Positions 55,201 through 64,000 of a DNA stretch of 64,000 bases are shown here, piece by piece (positions within the stretch are counted from its first letter, which is position 1; each line of letters starts with the position of its first letter). The notes below the pieces were generated by a model. The model saw only the letters and a list, made by a program, of their open reading frames with translations, ran no database searches and had not been told where the DNA came from. This DNA is from Lytechinus pictus. Taxonomy: Eukaryota. Both the position numbers and the translations under genes were made by a program. The stretch covers positions 19,594,001-19,658,000 of the forward strand of contig NC_087245.1 in NCBI RefSeq assembly GCF_037042905.1, given 5' to 3'.

Positions 55201-58200
55201 ATCTTAACAATAAGATTATAATTGTAATTACACCTCCAATAATTAACCAAAATCATATGAGGATGGTATCAATATGTGAATAAAGTACAATAAATCTAAA
55301 CTGAATGAAAGGATGTCACATAGCCCAGTTACATATATGAAAACAGTTACCGCTACTAATCAACTACAGGTTAAATTGATTCACAAGAATGAAAAATTAT
55401 TGAGAAATTTACCTGAACAGTTTTGGTACTTGTCTCCGGGAGTCTATCCAGAGGTATTTCTGCATCGCTTGTCTGTTCGTCTGGAAGGATTATTTCTGCT
55501 ACCTGACGCACAGGACGTGGTGCCTTCCACTGCTTCATCTGAGCTGGCTTCTGGTATTGCGGGACCACACTCTCCTGCACCGCTTTAGGAGGTGGAGGGG
55601 GCTGCCAGGGCTTTGTCTCCACTGGCTTTTGGGACACCGGTAGCACGGACTCGTCGACCAATCCTGGTGGAGCTGGTACAGGTTTCTGGGATTTGACCAG
55701 CGGTACTGTTTGGACCGTACGTTGGACTTGAGGTACAACTGTCTCATCTGCTTTGGCTTGAACTGGAGTTTGTTTGGGCAGGTTGTTGGCAAGGGCAAAG
55801 AGTTCATCGTTGGTGACCTGGATGGCATCAAGGAGCTCACGATTGGTATTGATGGTTGAGGTGACGCGAGGTGGTACCTTGTGACCTAAGAAAGTGGTTT
55901 ACAAAACACTCATCAATTTCATATTACAACATAAGCATAGATGTGTCTAATCTACCTGGAAAATAATATGGACATTCCGGTTATACAGTATTGTTGAAAA
56001 GAAACAATATACTTTAACATAGAATATGAACAATACTAATTGTGTGTAATAAAAATATGTTTCTTTACAAGGAATAACAGAGATGCAAAGTTCAAAAACT
56101 TAAGCCATGGTTCAGATTCTAGGTGGGGAATGTCAACTCGACATGAGATTACCAGGAATTTTATGTAAATCAAGACACTGTGATGCTGTCAGGAGTCAGC
56201 ATTTTCAGGAAATGAGCAAGAGCCCCTAATATGAGAGCTTCATGCAAAATGCATGAGACTTGTCAAGTCTGCATTTGTCTGCATCACAAACAAGAATACT
56301 GCACCTGCCCTCCTCCTCTAAAATCTGAATATGCCCTTACATTAACCTGCATGCACTTACTGTATAGATCGATGGCCATTTCATTCAGTTTGAAGAGCCT
56401 GGCTTTCTGTCTTGCATCTCCTTTCTCAATGAAATCCTCAACCTCTCCTAGTACTTCTGCAGCCTGTTCCTGTGCAGTGAAGAGAGGTTTCTTCTGACCA
56501 ACAGCTACCAGGAGATCCTCAGCCTTCACTTGCCACTCAACAACCTTCAAAACAAGATTACAGAACATATATATATTTGGGGGTTTGATTCACTTAATGG
56601 CTTATAAGGCCATGTATGCTAGTGAGAAACAACTGTGAAACGTACTGTTTTTTTTTTTAATTTTTTTTTTTATATAAGTTAAAAATTCATCTTCAAAGCT
56701 TTGTATATCACCCAAAACATACATCGTATGTTATTTGACCACCTGTATTGAATTGTACAAGCTATCACATAAAAGCCATATGTTTCCATTAATATAAAGA
56801 CTGTATATTGAATATTTAATGGATGTGTAAAAATCACTTTCGTTCTTATAATAACCATGATGATACAAAGATCATTTACTCATCTTCTGCTATAAAGAAA
56901 ACAATAAAAATCATATATATGATTTTCATTATAATATATTCATTCAAGCAATTAATTCAAAGTCAATTGTTAGTGCAAATGACTTTCTTGTTTGGTGTTT
57001 TATGATTGATGTTGGATAAATGAATCACTACAACTTACAGTTTTGTAGAGATCATGGAACTTTGGAGCAGTCTTGAGCTTTTTACGCTGGTCTTGGAGAG
57101 ACACGTTGAGCTTACTCCAGAAGCGATTGATGTCATCAACATCTCTCTTGATGGCTGAAGCATTAGGAGGGTTCTTGGCAAGAGCAGTGGTTGCTACGGT
57201 TACAAAGTCCTTGTGTTCTACCTCAAGGGGCTGCCAAAGGGTAAATAACAGTTAATGTATGATTGAATAATACCTATTACTATTGCAATTCCAAGGTAAA
57301 AAATTATCTTGAATCATGCTTACCTTCAAAAAGCCTGTAAATCGTCAATGACACAATGTATATTCATATCAACAGAAATACCTTGTAGGTTGGTTGTCAG
57401 AAAAAAATTATTTCAAATGATACTAACATACCTACATGCATCAATTTTATGATATGCATGAAAATATTGTACAATTGGACTAGGCTTCTCACTTTTTTTT
57501 TACATTGTTTGAGCGTTCCATTATCAATAAAAATATTTCATGTAATATTACAAATATTGATTACAGTGTCAGAATTCTTAAAACAAACCTTTACATCTTG
57601 CTCGAATGTGGCAAACCTCTTTTGGATTTCAGGTAGATCCTCTGCCTTCTGTCCAAAATCAGTCTTGAGCTCTTCAACATGCTTGGTAGCTTTCTGGATG
57701 CGAACAGCCAACTGTAAAGAACAATAAGTAACAACTTCTGTGTTGATGCAATTCTTTGATATGTTTTAACCACTATCCATCACATAGTATTATATATGTA
57801 ACATAATGCTACTACACTCTTATTTCTAAATAGAAATTAATCAAAATTAAGAATGCTTCTGCTCCTTCTTCAGAGGGCTCTGGAGCCTATCGCGAAGATG
57901 CTAACATTGATATGTATGAACTCGTATTTCAATTTACGTATTCTTAAACATTGAAATTGCAGGATACTCAGAACAGATTTTAACTGATTCATTAACTTTT
58001 TGTTTATTAAAAACCCAAAGGAACAGCCTTAGAATGTTTATACCCTTTTTATCTAAGTCACATATGCTTTTGGCCCTGCTGAGTATGAGGATTAAAACTG
58101 TGAATCATGACTTGCAAATGATGACATTACAGGTAGGCCTTTAGTTGTAAACCTTTTGCATTAAACACAGGTTCACAAAATGCAGAGTACAAAGCAAACA

Positions 58201-61200
58201 CAATCTATTAGAAATAATCAGACAGATTTAAACAAATAAACATCCATTTATCAAAATGAAATCTTTTAATATGAAATCAAACTTTTTCAAAGTGGGCTAA
58301 GACTTACTGTCTTGAATCTTTTGTGGATGTTGAAGATGACCTCCACTTTGTGTCTGTAGTCATGAATCTGTCTATTCAGCTTAGACCAGTAGCGCTCAGC
58401 CTCAGCAAGGTCTTTCTCAATCACACCAGCAGAGGGCGGCCTCCTGTCAAGAGCAATGTGGGCGGAGCTCACATATTTCTCATACTCATCTTCCAAGACC
58501 TGCATTCAGATACGATCAAAGAGGAAATCATGTCATTTAAAAACCCTAACCTTTCAGCTTAGACCAGTACTACTATTGCCAAATTTCTTGATATCAATAA
58601 CTAATGTCTGATTAAAGACTTGGTTATAAATTAGTCTCCGTCTTTATTCAGTTTGCACAAACTGACAGTAACTACAAGAAGAGAGAAGAAAACTAAATAA
58701 ATCAACTTCATAAAATATCTAAATCAAAGAACACCTCTAAACTCTCAATTAATATAATTCCTCCAATCACAAATTGAACTACATGTCACTATCAAATACC
58801 CATTCTGGCTTAAAGCTTTGGGGGCCCTGGCTAATGATCAAATTGGCTAATTGCCATTTTCATCTTCTGTACTAATTTCATGTTGCTGATCTCCCAGTTG
58901 GTCTCATCAGAAAGACTAAATGAGCAAGTTCCAATTAGGTAAATTCTGTCAGGAAATTTAGAAAGCAGATCTAATTAAACAAAATGTTTTGATACTATAT
59001 CATCTGGAATGGAACCAAACAAGCAACAGACAGAGAAAAATGAGACCATGTGGCAATCCATCCGACAATAGTCTGAAATGACAATGAATATTATTCACCT
59101 TGATATGAGCTTCCCAGTCTTCATGTTTCTCAATGATAAGAGATGATGAGTGAGGTGTACTCTCAAGGTCCTTCAGATCATCCTCTGCTTGTTCCATGTT
59201 CATTATTAACTAAATAGAAAACAAAAACATACAACAATCCTGTTTAATGAAACTTATCAATGGAAAATATTTTCAGCCTAGGGGTTTATGCTACTGAACT
59301 TGTGTCATCTGGCTGGAAAGAAGGAAATGAAATCCTCCCATTAGTTATTTATAACTATTTTCATAAAACAGAGGCACTTTTTACATTGTTGGAAGTGTTA
59401 GAAGTAGACGAGCAATACAGAAATGAATTGTTAAATTGTTTAATGGCTAGGTTCATGTATGGAATCTCACAAACAGATATATTTTCCAAATAGTTGATCT
59501 AGTATGCAAATTAATGGTATATTGTAATGAAATATATAATAACTTTTATCATTAAGTACATTACTATTTATAGATTTAATTATTGTAATTATGCAAATTC
59601 TTAAAACTATATCTTTGTTGGGGTAACTAATAATTCATCAATCTCAGAACTCACAGTCTTGTACTGCATCCTGATGTTTGCAACCAGCTGCATCTTGTCC
59701 CGGTAGTCCTGGACAGACTTGTTGAATCCCACCCAGAAGTTCTTGACCTCATTCAGTTCTCTCTCAATCAGGGTGGAAGCAGGCGGTTTCTGGTCCAGTA
59801 CTATGTTGGCCCTGCTCACGTAGTTGGTGTACTCCTTCTCCAGACCCTTGATGTGGACCTGCCAGTCCTGGAACTTCTCTATGGTCAGTGTCTCCGAGAC
59901 CTGGGGCTGCTGTAGGTCCTGGAGCTGTCGATCGGCAAGTTTTAGATTGCTTACCAGCTAGATAACAAAACATGAAGAAAAATGAAAAGAATTTTACCAA
60001 AGAATGTCATAATCATACCACACATCATACTAATATGGGAGAAGCTTGGCAATTAAAGAGGTTGAAAAAACCCACTGTACTACATCCATCACATAAGACC
60101 GCTTACGATATACTACAACCATTTAGTCACAAGCATGACATAGTAACTGGCAAATGGAAAAGGGAAAGTTATTTCTTTGAGCAAACATATCTGATTCATC
60201 TGGGTAATTCAGCTTCAGACAAGTTGGCTGAAAGGCAAAGTGTCTGACTGTCACTATGGTAACTATCTGATAAAAAAACTGACAGGTCTTTTCATAAAAC
60301 ACTCCCCCCAAAAATCTATAACTCCAACAAATATCAAAACCAAAAACAAAACCTACAAACTTCCCAGCAGTGAATTAACAAAGTAGCATCAATAGTCACT
60401 CCCAAAGCCCAAGTTAAGATATAACAATAATCTCTAGCACGTTTTACATGAGATAAAGAAAAGTCATGACATAGACACGGTATCTGGGTAGACTTACAGT
60501 TGTGTACTGTTTGCGTAGATTGACAACTAACTCCATCTTCTTCCTGTAATCATCCACATTCTTCATGAAGCTACTCCAGTAGGTCTGGACATCCTGGATG
60601 TCTTTTTGAATACCAGGTTTGTCTGCTGGTTTGCCCTTCAGAGCAATGTGAGCAGTGCTCAAGTAATGCTGGTATTGATCCTCCAATACCTATTGGTAAG
60701 TAAAAGTATGACATATAAATCACATCATCAATGAGGTAGAGGTAAGGGAAAATAAGCAAAATAAGGCAACAAAAAGAAAACTAACATGAATGCATGTTGA
60801 AGTTGGTATCTAGCTTGTTGTTTTACACATTCTAGAATAAAAGAACACATCAAAGACATAAGTTTAAAAGATATTGATTAGATTTTTGCCCTCCCCTAAA
60901 AAAAATAAAGTATCTACAACTGTTAAACAGTATACAATCAAATCAACTCCACTACCCTTAGATTGACCTTTATGGCATCTGCAATTTTTAGGTCTCACAA
61001 CCACAGATTGTCATTACTCAGATATGCATAAATGGGCTTTGTTTGATACAGTTTGTTGAATTCAAGAGAATGAAAGTGCGATTGATGACAACTTTCCAAC
61101 TGGGATATCAAGAAAAGATCATAATTGCTGTATGTTTACCTTGATTTGGGCTTCCCAATCCGTGAACTTCTCAATAGTGAGAGAGACGGATTCTTTGCTC

Positions 61201-63921
61201 TTCCTCATACCATCCAGTTCATCCTCAGCACGTTGAAGATGTATGATGAACTGTTTGAAGCAAAGAAAAAAATATGATATGCACAGCAACTTTGAAGTTT
61301 TGAAAAACTTTTCTGTAAACAAACACAGAATATCTAATAGGCTCTTCAAGCATTACACATCAACATCATGGACTGAGTGGTGATGATGTAACAGTCAGGT
61401 ATTGTACATGCATCATACGGTCATAAAGATTCTAGAACTGGAAATGCATTCACTCAATTTGTTTTCCTTCATACTCAATCAAGTATTCTGTGGTCATAGA
61501 TTCAAGCATACACACATAAATTTATTTCCTGAATGATGTCATTGCATTCATGAGGATTTGACCAAATCTTGAAAAGAATTTTCGAATAACAGTCAACAAA
61601 AGCACTTAAAAGTGTGGACAGGTGCTTCCAGACAACATTAACATGGTCCATGACCACACACATTATAGTCAGTATTTACCTCTGATTTGAGAAGCTTGAG
61701 GCTGGTGTCTTCGCTGGCCTTGGTGAGACGTTGCCTGTAACGGCTCCATTCATTCAACCAGTGCTCCTTTCGCTCCTCCATGGCTTGGAGGGTCACCTCA
61801 ACATCTCTCCTGGCTGGAGAGACAGGATCCTAAAGATGATAAATCATCAGGAAAGTAAACGGTAAGGAGAACGTAAAGTAAAATAATGCTGAAGAAGAGA
61901 ATCAGACAAAAGAGCTTTAGCCCAGCCTACTCAGATCTGCACATGACCCTTTGGGAGCACTATATTTTTTACACTGCCGTCTGCTCTTTAACAATTGTAT
62001 AAAAGCTTCAAAATGCAAAAAAATGCCTCTCGCAATCATTTTTTTTCTTAATCATCTAGAATGGACCCTTTGTACATAAACAGGTTTTTTCTGTGACTAG
62101 AATTATTTTGAAAATGGTAAAAACTATCAGAGGTTTATACTAAAATAAAAACAACTTTGCAATCAAAATGTAGCGTCCCTTGCCAATTTCCAAAGGGAAT
62201 TAGAAAAAAATATTAGTTAGAATATGGATTTAATCAACTATAGTCTTATTAAAATTAAAATAACAAGCACATGATTCTGATAATGAGTACTGACCGACTG
62301 CCTAATCTTTGCAATGACTTCATCTCCCTTCTTGGCAGCTGTGGTGTAGAGTTCTGTGATGTAGCGTTTCTCTTCCTCATGCTGCTGTAGTTTGATCTGA
62401 GCTTCTGAAGTATGTGAGGGTGCTGGTTGAATTTGGTATGAGGCAATCGCTTCATCCATGGTCTTGTTGACCTGAAATACAACAAGAAACAATTCACAAA
62501 AATTTAATGAAAATAATGTAATGATTGAGCCATGGGAATTGAATCTTTATATCGTGTTATTTCTCATTTGCTTTTTTTTTCTTCAAATAAATATATTCAG
62601 GAGTTCTCTTTCATATATTGAAATTCTAAATCAATATGACAATGAAATCACTTCATTAAAGTGTAAATCTGTAAAACAGTCATTTGAAAGCTGTTGACAA
62701 CTTTTTATACCTCATCAAAATTCTTGAGGCAACATTACAACAATCAAAATCACCTCAAGTGGCTGTAGGTAAATTGTTAAATGCTATAGCCATTGGCAAT
62801 TTTATTTCCCTATTGACTTAGAAGTATGAGTCTATGCTCTACAAAGTCAAGACTGCCTGGTAGACACACTCTCCAACTCTGCAAGTTGATTTATTACAGT
62901 ACTGCAGGAGAATCTTCATCAAGATGCCATTACTAGGAGTTGTTGGCCCTGCATTGGGAAGTATTTGAAAAGAATGTTGCGATTTCATTACCTTATTGAC
63001 TTTTTTGTAGAAGTCAATGCTCAATGTCAGGACTATCTGGTATTCCCCAACCCTGTTCATGAAGCGATGATGAGCTGATGTTAGCCTCTCAACGACCTGT
63101 TCCTTCTCTCCTCCTGTATCTCCCTTAGCTCCAAGCATCTCAGCAGTCTTCAATCTCATCTGGATCTCGGTTGTTACTCTCTGTCAAATACAAAGATCAC
63201 AAACATTAAATTAAAATTTTATTATACATTCATATGTAGAGGCTTTTAATAATTCTGTATCATAATTATTATCATATTCAGGGTTGATATACATAAGACA
63301 GTTCTAATACAACTGCCAATCACATGTAGCTTTGTGCAGCATCAATTTTCATCTTGAAAACTTACTATGAATCATTGAAACTTCAGATTTTAGATTCATA
63401 AGTTTTCAACTTATTACACTGTGATATTGGCATCATAAAGATTTATGAATATGGGCCTAGGTATATACATAAATAAACATTATAGAAAGTTTCCATAACA
63501 TTTCATCAAAATATCTATGACTGCATAGTGCAATTTAATAAACAATCATTGGATATGCTTTAGCACCATACTGTATTTTACAGGGTAAAAGTACAGCTCT
63601 TCTGATAATATTTTTCACTCATTTGAAAACATGTGATGGTATTTTTGGAAATCCCTTTTCAGCTCTTAATTTAACTTTTATTGATAGCATTCAGGATTAT
63701 GCCCTCTGTGTATACCTAGAATCAACTTTCCATGTTTTATTATGACTACTGGGGGTACCTCTAAAACATAATGACTAAAATACTAGTGCTGCCGTGGCAC
63801 TCACCGTTACAGTCTCCTGGAATGAATCTATCTTCTTCTGTTTGACATCAGCCAAGGATTGAGCATCAGAAGTCAATCGTGGGAACACATTACCTTCCAT
63901 GTTGATTACAAACTCAATTGT
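30953..63921 (-). CDS. Multi-exon gene (5' part outside window) encoding a spectrin-like-repeat + Pro-rich linker + 14 I-set Ig protein of the zormin/CCDC141/titin family
   Basis: 37 exons with GT..AG boundaries and matching phases splice into one open frame of 7048 nt. Ig motifs (W-x-K-D/N, D-x-G-x-Y-x-C-x-A-x-N-x-x-G) recur, and about 101-aa helical repeats carry conserved W. The family assignment rests on domain architecture only. Confidence 0.9.
31646..31775 (-). CDS. Exon, 130 nt, Ig13 C-half
   Basis: DAGTYSVVATNDNG; ttgcag acceptor, gtaatt donor. Confidence 0.9.
32494..32660 (-). CDS. Exon, 167 nt, Ig13 N-half
   Basis: RPTIVIRLND...IQGTPQPAVQWFKN; ttacag acceptor, gtacat donor. Confidence 0.9.
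33814..33825 (-). CDS. Candidate 12-nt microexon (GKGK)
   Basis: catttgtttttcccag|gcaaggggaaag|gtagga; phase 1-1; TGCATG twice just downstream. Confidence 0.6.
34536..34819 (+). mobile_element. tRNA-derived SINE, near full length
   Basis: A box tggcccagagg 34545; B box ggttcgaattcc 34589; core tgctgcactcgacccaggtgaggtgaatgggtacc; (TAT)n tail. Confidence 0.88.
35487..35525 (-). CDS. Candidate 39-nt cassette microexon (DARTSHAVLFIRK)
   Basis: Pyrimidine-rich acceptor ctttcctggtcccacccctttatatag, AAAG|gtatct donor, phase 1-1, open in the host frame. Confidence 0.5.
36038..36124. repeat. 45-bp tandem duplication in the PLE 3' end, each unit a hairpin
   Basis: aggaaattcgtgatcactctcgcaaaaagtgttcact(g/a)gctt at 36038 and 36083; gtgatcact/agtgttcac arms. 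Confidence 0.9.
36131..36171 (-). ncRNA. Minimal type I hammerhead ribozyme motif (U3-A8 variant) in the PLE pLTR
   Basis: Minus strand reads UCAC UUGAUAA A GAGU ugcagcggc ACUC GAAA GC UC GUGA: stem I UCAC/GUGA, stem II GAGU/ACUC, palindromic AGCU in place of stem III. Confidence 0.8.
36196..36340 (-). promoter_or_regulatory. Putative pLTR promoter
   Basis: TATAAATA at 36203-36196, about 25-30 nt upstream of the hammerhead; octamer ATGCAAAT at 36294 and 36320; CCAAT at about 36340-36336. Confidence 0.5.
36349..37209 (-). CDS. Penelope-like ORF fragment: C-terminal RT/thumb, linker and GIY-YIG endonuclease (286 aa, no internal stop, truncated at the inversion junction)
   Basis: The frame continues upstream of the tracked ORF: LDTLVQR..STSVYRKPTHTDQYIPFDSHH..LHSNGYP..VLPYIDG..GVVYNIPCQGCDGSYIGETAR..RISEH..SAVAEH..IKEAISI..NFNRDSG. 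Confidence 0.93.
   Translation of the reverse strand, partial: LDTLVQRHEGGKLSTSVYRKPTHTDQYIPFDSHHDKSVKKGLVKCLFDRAARIITHPPELPKERAHIRGALHSNGYPRRFIKNTFKKKLPPRDQKVFKTCTVLPYIDGLSQQLKRRLEGHGIRTVFRSDTTLHKQLVHPKDPIPDHRRDGVVYNIPCQGCDGSYIGETARPIVERISEHKRDVRLQRTDTSAVAEHAWEKQHHPDWEGVHCIAKERHWYTRRIKEAISIRLCPNNFNRDSGIDIPDFWMRTIRQHNTPLPGSARRPDRSRPRTRDRSASQPPPTGN
37954..38134 (-). CDS. Exon, 181 nt, Ig12 C-half
   Basis: VKWTKDE...DSGNYRITLTNEFG; ttgcag acceptor, gtaagt donor. Confidence 0.9.
38446..38549 (-). CDS. Exon, 104 nt, Ig12 N-half
   Basis: SPDFIAPLE...LECRVSGSPAPT; tttcag acceptor, gtaagt donor. Confidence 0.9.
39043..39223 (-). CDS. Exon, 181 nt, Ig11 C-half
   Basis: VQWFFNN...DAGLYQCRAE; ttgtag acceptor, gtaagt donor. 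Confidence 0.9.
39594..39738 (-). CDS. Exon, 145 nt, Ig11 N-half
   Basis: PIVFTEHLTDKQVVESTEIKLRVRI; ctccag acceptor, gtaaat donor, phase 2-0. Confidence 0.87.
40073..40209 (-). CDS. Exon, 137 nt, Ig10 C-half
   Basis: DAGGKYTVVAENDRG; taacag acceptor, gtaagt donor. Confidence 0.88.
40789..40964 (-). CDS. Exon, 176 nt, Ig10 (type A) N-half
   Basis: HLDIPVGQPIRLHFRIRGQPPPKVTW; ttacag acceptor, gtaata donor. Confidence 0.9.
41494..41876 (-). CDS. Exon, 383 nt, linker and whole Ig9 (type B)
   Basis: PPRFQSRLKD...WYKDD...LDVREAFLEDEGRYVC; ctgcag acceptor, gtaggc donor. Confidence 0.92.
42379..42515 (-). CDS. Exon, 137 nt, Ig8 C-half
   Basis: AGTYTVVAENDKGQES; tttcag acceptor, gtaagt donor. Confidence 0.88.
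43022..43191 (-). CDS. Exon, 170 nt, Ig8 (type A) N-half
   Basis: HLDIPVGQPIVLKFNIEAFPSPVVRW; ctccag acceptor, gtaggt donor. Confidence 0.9.
43674..43841 (-). CDS. Exon, 168 nt, Ig7 C-half
   Basis: PQYELSFMESVACLDVREAFLEDAGLYTC; aaacag acceptor, gtgagt donor. Confidence 0.9.
44331..44509 (-). CDS. Exon, 179 nt, linker and Ig7 (type B) N-half
   Basis: APRFKTRLKD...LTCKVAGVPVPNIVWYK; ttgtag acceptor, gtaaga donor. Confidence 0.9.
44852..44994 (-). CDS. Exon, 143 nt, Ig6 C-half
   Basis: EDTGKYTIRAENEKGQES; ttgaag acceptor, gtaagt donor, phase 0-2. Confidence 0.88.
45480..45652 (-). CDS. Exon, 173 nt, Ig6 (type A) N-half
   Basis: YLEIPVGQPIKLAFKVSGNPEPTVTW; ttccag acceptor, gtatat donor. Confidence 0.9.
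45655..46050. repeat. Degenerate A-rich minisatellite-like tract abutting the Ig6 acceptor
   Basis: Recurrent caatagtaaaa..tttgaaa.gagggaata units. Confidence 0.55.
48414..48734 (-). CDS. Exon, 321 nt, whole Ig5 (phase 1-1)
   Basis: LACVVDGVAPVTAHWFKGG...DSGMYTCRVTNAVG; ccccag acceptor, gtgagc donor. Confidence 0.9.
49611..49919 (-). CDS. Exon, 309 nt, whole Ig4 (phase 1-1)
   Basis: ITCQISGELPISVKWFKND...DEGVYTCQTTNAWG; gtgaga donor. The acceptor could alternatively start the exon at 49913. Confidence 0.88.
51459..51648 (-). CDS. Exon, 190 nt, Ig3 C-half
   Basis: VEWLKNN...EDAARYTCRATNEAG; ccacag acceptor, gtaagt donor. Confidence 0.92.
52154..52408. mobile_element. Two abutting short MITEs (52154-52276 and 52278-52408)
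   Basis: gggcccgtaacacaaag / ctttgtgttacgggaccc and ggagagtatttcatgaa / ttcatgaaatgctcccc TIR pairs. Confidence 0.75.
52461..52567 (-). CDS. Exon, 107 nt, Ig3 N-half
   Basis: PPVFITPL...FECVLKGDPVPV; ttacag acceptor, gtgagt donor. Confidence 0.9.
53095..53264 (-). CDS. Exon, 170 nt, Ig2 C-half
   Basis: WSKDG...DEGIFICTATNPAG; cattag acceptor, gtaggt donor. Confidence 0.9.
53353..53516. mobile_element. Palindromic MITE, copy 2
   Basis: Same TIRs and core ttgattttgattgg.tgttgatcagcgttaccatggtagtt as 7011-7173. Confidence 0.85.
53921..54104 (-). CDS. Exon, 184 nt, linker and Ig2 N-half
   Basis: PKFIQIPGDKNVEEGKPLCLEVVVDAYPDPNVV; ccacag acceptor, gtaagt donor, phase 1-2. Confidence 0.88.
54335..54556 (-). 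CDS. Exon, 222 nt, Ig1 core
   Basis: LDCVVKGDPAPEVEWYKDG...DGVYTIKAFN; ttttag acceptor, gtaagt donor. Confidence 0.92.
54944..55106 (-). CDS. Exon, 163 nt, Pro-rich linker and start of Ig1 (APYFTRKIRD)
   Basis: attcag acceptor, gtaagt donor, phase 0-1. Confidence 0.87.
55413..55885 (-). CDS. Exon, 473 nt, end of helical region and Pro/Val/Lys/Gln/Glu-rich linker
   Basis: tcttag acceptor, gtaaat donor, phase 1-0; SHKVPPRV...KPWQPPPPPK...STKTVQ. Confidence 0.88.
56361..56544 (-). CDS. Exon, 184 nt (VVEWQVKAED...MAIDLY)
   Basis: ttgaag acceptor, gtaagt donor, phase 0-1. Confidence 0.85.
57039..57230 (-). CDS. Exon, 192 nt, helical repeat 4 part B (PLEVEHKDFV...DLYKT)
   Basis: tggcag acceptor, gtaagt donor; same length and FW motif as the other B exons. 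Confidence 0.88.
57589..57711 (-). CDS. Exon, 123 nt, helical repeat 4 part A (LAVRIQKATK...FEQDVK)
   Basis: ttacag acceptor, gtttgt donor, phase 0-0. Confidence 0.82.
58308..58499 (-). CDS. Exon, 192 nt, helical repeat 3 part B (VLEDEYEKYV...HKRFKT)
   Basis: atgcag acceptor, gtaagt donor. Confidence 0.9.
59099..59209 (-). CDS. Exon, 111 nt, helical repeat 3 part A (LIMNMEQAED...DWEAHIK)
   Basis: atttag acceptor, gtgaat donor. Confidence 0.88.
59655..59957 (-). CDS. Exon, 303 nt, helical repeat 2 with A and B fused (LVSNLKLADR...RMQYKT)
   Basis: atctag acceptor, gtgagt donor; 303 = 111 + 192. Confidence 0.9.
60498..60689 (-). CDS. Exon, 192 nt, helical repeat 1 part B (VLEDQYQHYL...RKQYTT)
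   Basis: caatag acceptor, gtaagt donor; paralogous to 58308-58499. Confidence 0.9.
61140..61250 (-). CDS. Exon, 111 nt, helical repeat 1 part A (FIIHLQRAED...DWEAQIK)
   Basis: aaacag acceptor, gtaaac donor; paralogous to 59099-59209. Confidence 0.88.
61680..61829 (-). CDS. Exon, 150 nt, spectrin-like region (DPVSPARRDV...KLLKSE)
   Basis: ctttag acceptor, gtaaat donor, open frame with the HWLNEW helix; absent from the ORF track. Confidence 0.85.
62295..62471 (-). CDS. Exon, 177 nt, spectrin-like region (VNKTMDEAIA...AKIRQS)
   Basis: tttcag acceptor, gtcagt donor, phase 0-0. Confidence 0.88.
62992..63180 (-). CDS. Exon, 189 nt, spectrin-like region (RVTTEIQMRL...FYKKVNK)
   Basis: tgacag acceptor, gtaatg donor, phase 0-0. 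Confidence 0.88.
63805..63921 (-). CDS. Exon, 117 nt, spectrin-like region (TIEFVINMEG...FQETVT)
   Basis: tttcag acceptor, gtgagt donor, phase 0-0. Confidence 0.85.
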
Positions 63922-64000
63922 CTGAAAAGTAATACACAGAGGTGGTATTTCATAAAACATTACATGTGACTAAAAATTGTACCTAAGTGTATACAACGCA

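Overview
AT-rich metazoan genomic DNA. The SINE and MITE families look sea-urchin/echinoderm-like, which is an inference. From 63921 down to 30985 the minus strand carries 37 GT-AG exons that I could splice by hand into one uninterrupted frame of 7048 nt (about 2350 aa), entering from beyond the right edge. The order is spectrin-like helical repeats, a Pro/Val/Lys/Gln/Glu-rich linker, then 14 I-set Ig domains, which matches a zormin/CCDC141/titin-family muscle protein. The last Ig exon can either read through to a stop at 30953 or use a consensus donor at 30984. The 5.3-kb intron 32661-37953 holds two frame-preserving microexon candidates (39 and 12 nt). It also holds a young 5'-truncated Penelope-like retroelement with an open RT-end/GIY-YIG frame, an inverted pLTR with tail, a 12-bp TSD and a variant minimal hammerhead ribozyme in the host sense orientation. 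Bases 1-30.9 kb have no long ORF. They contain tRNA-SINEs, several MITEs, CArG/MCAT/E-box muscle-type motifs, a candidate internal promoter with a non-coding first exon (about 10.06-10.65 kb) and a 37-nt candidate exon. All calls come from reading the sequence; no searches were run.
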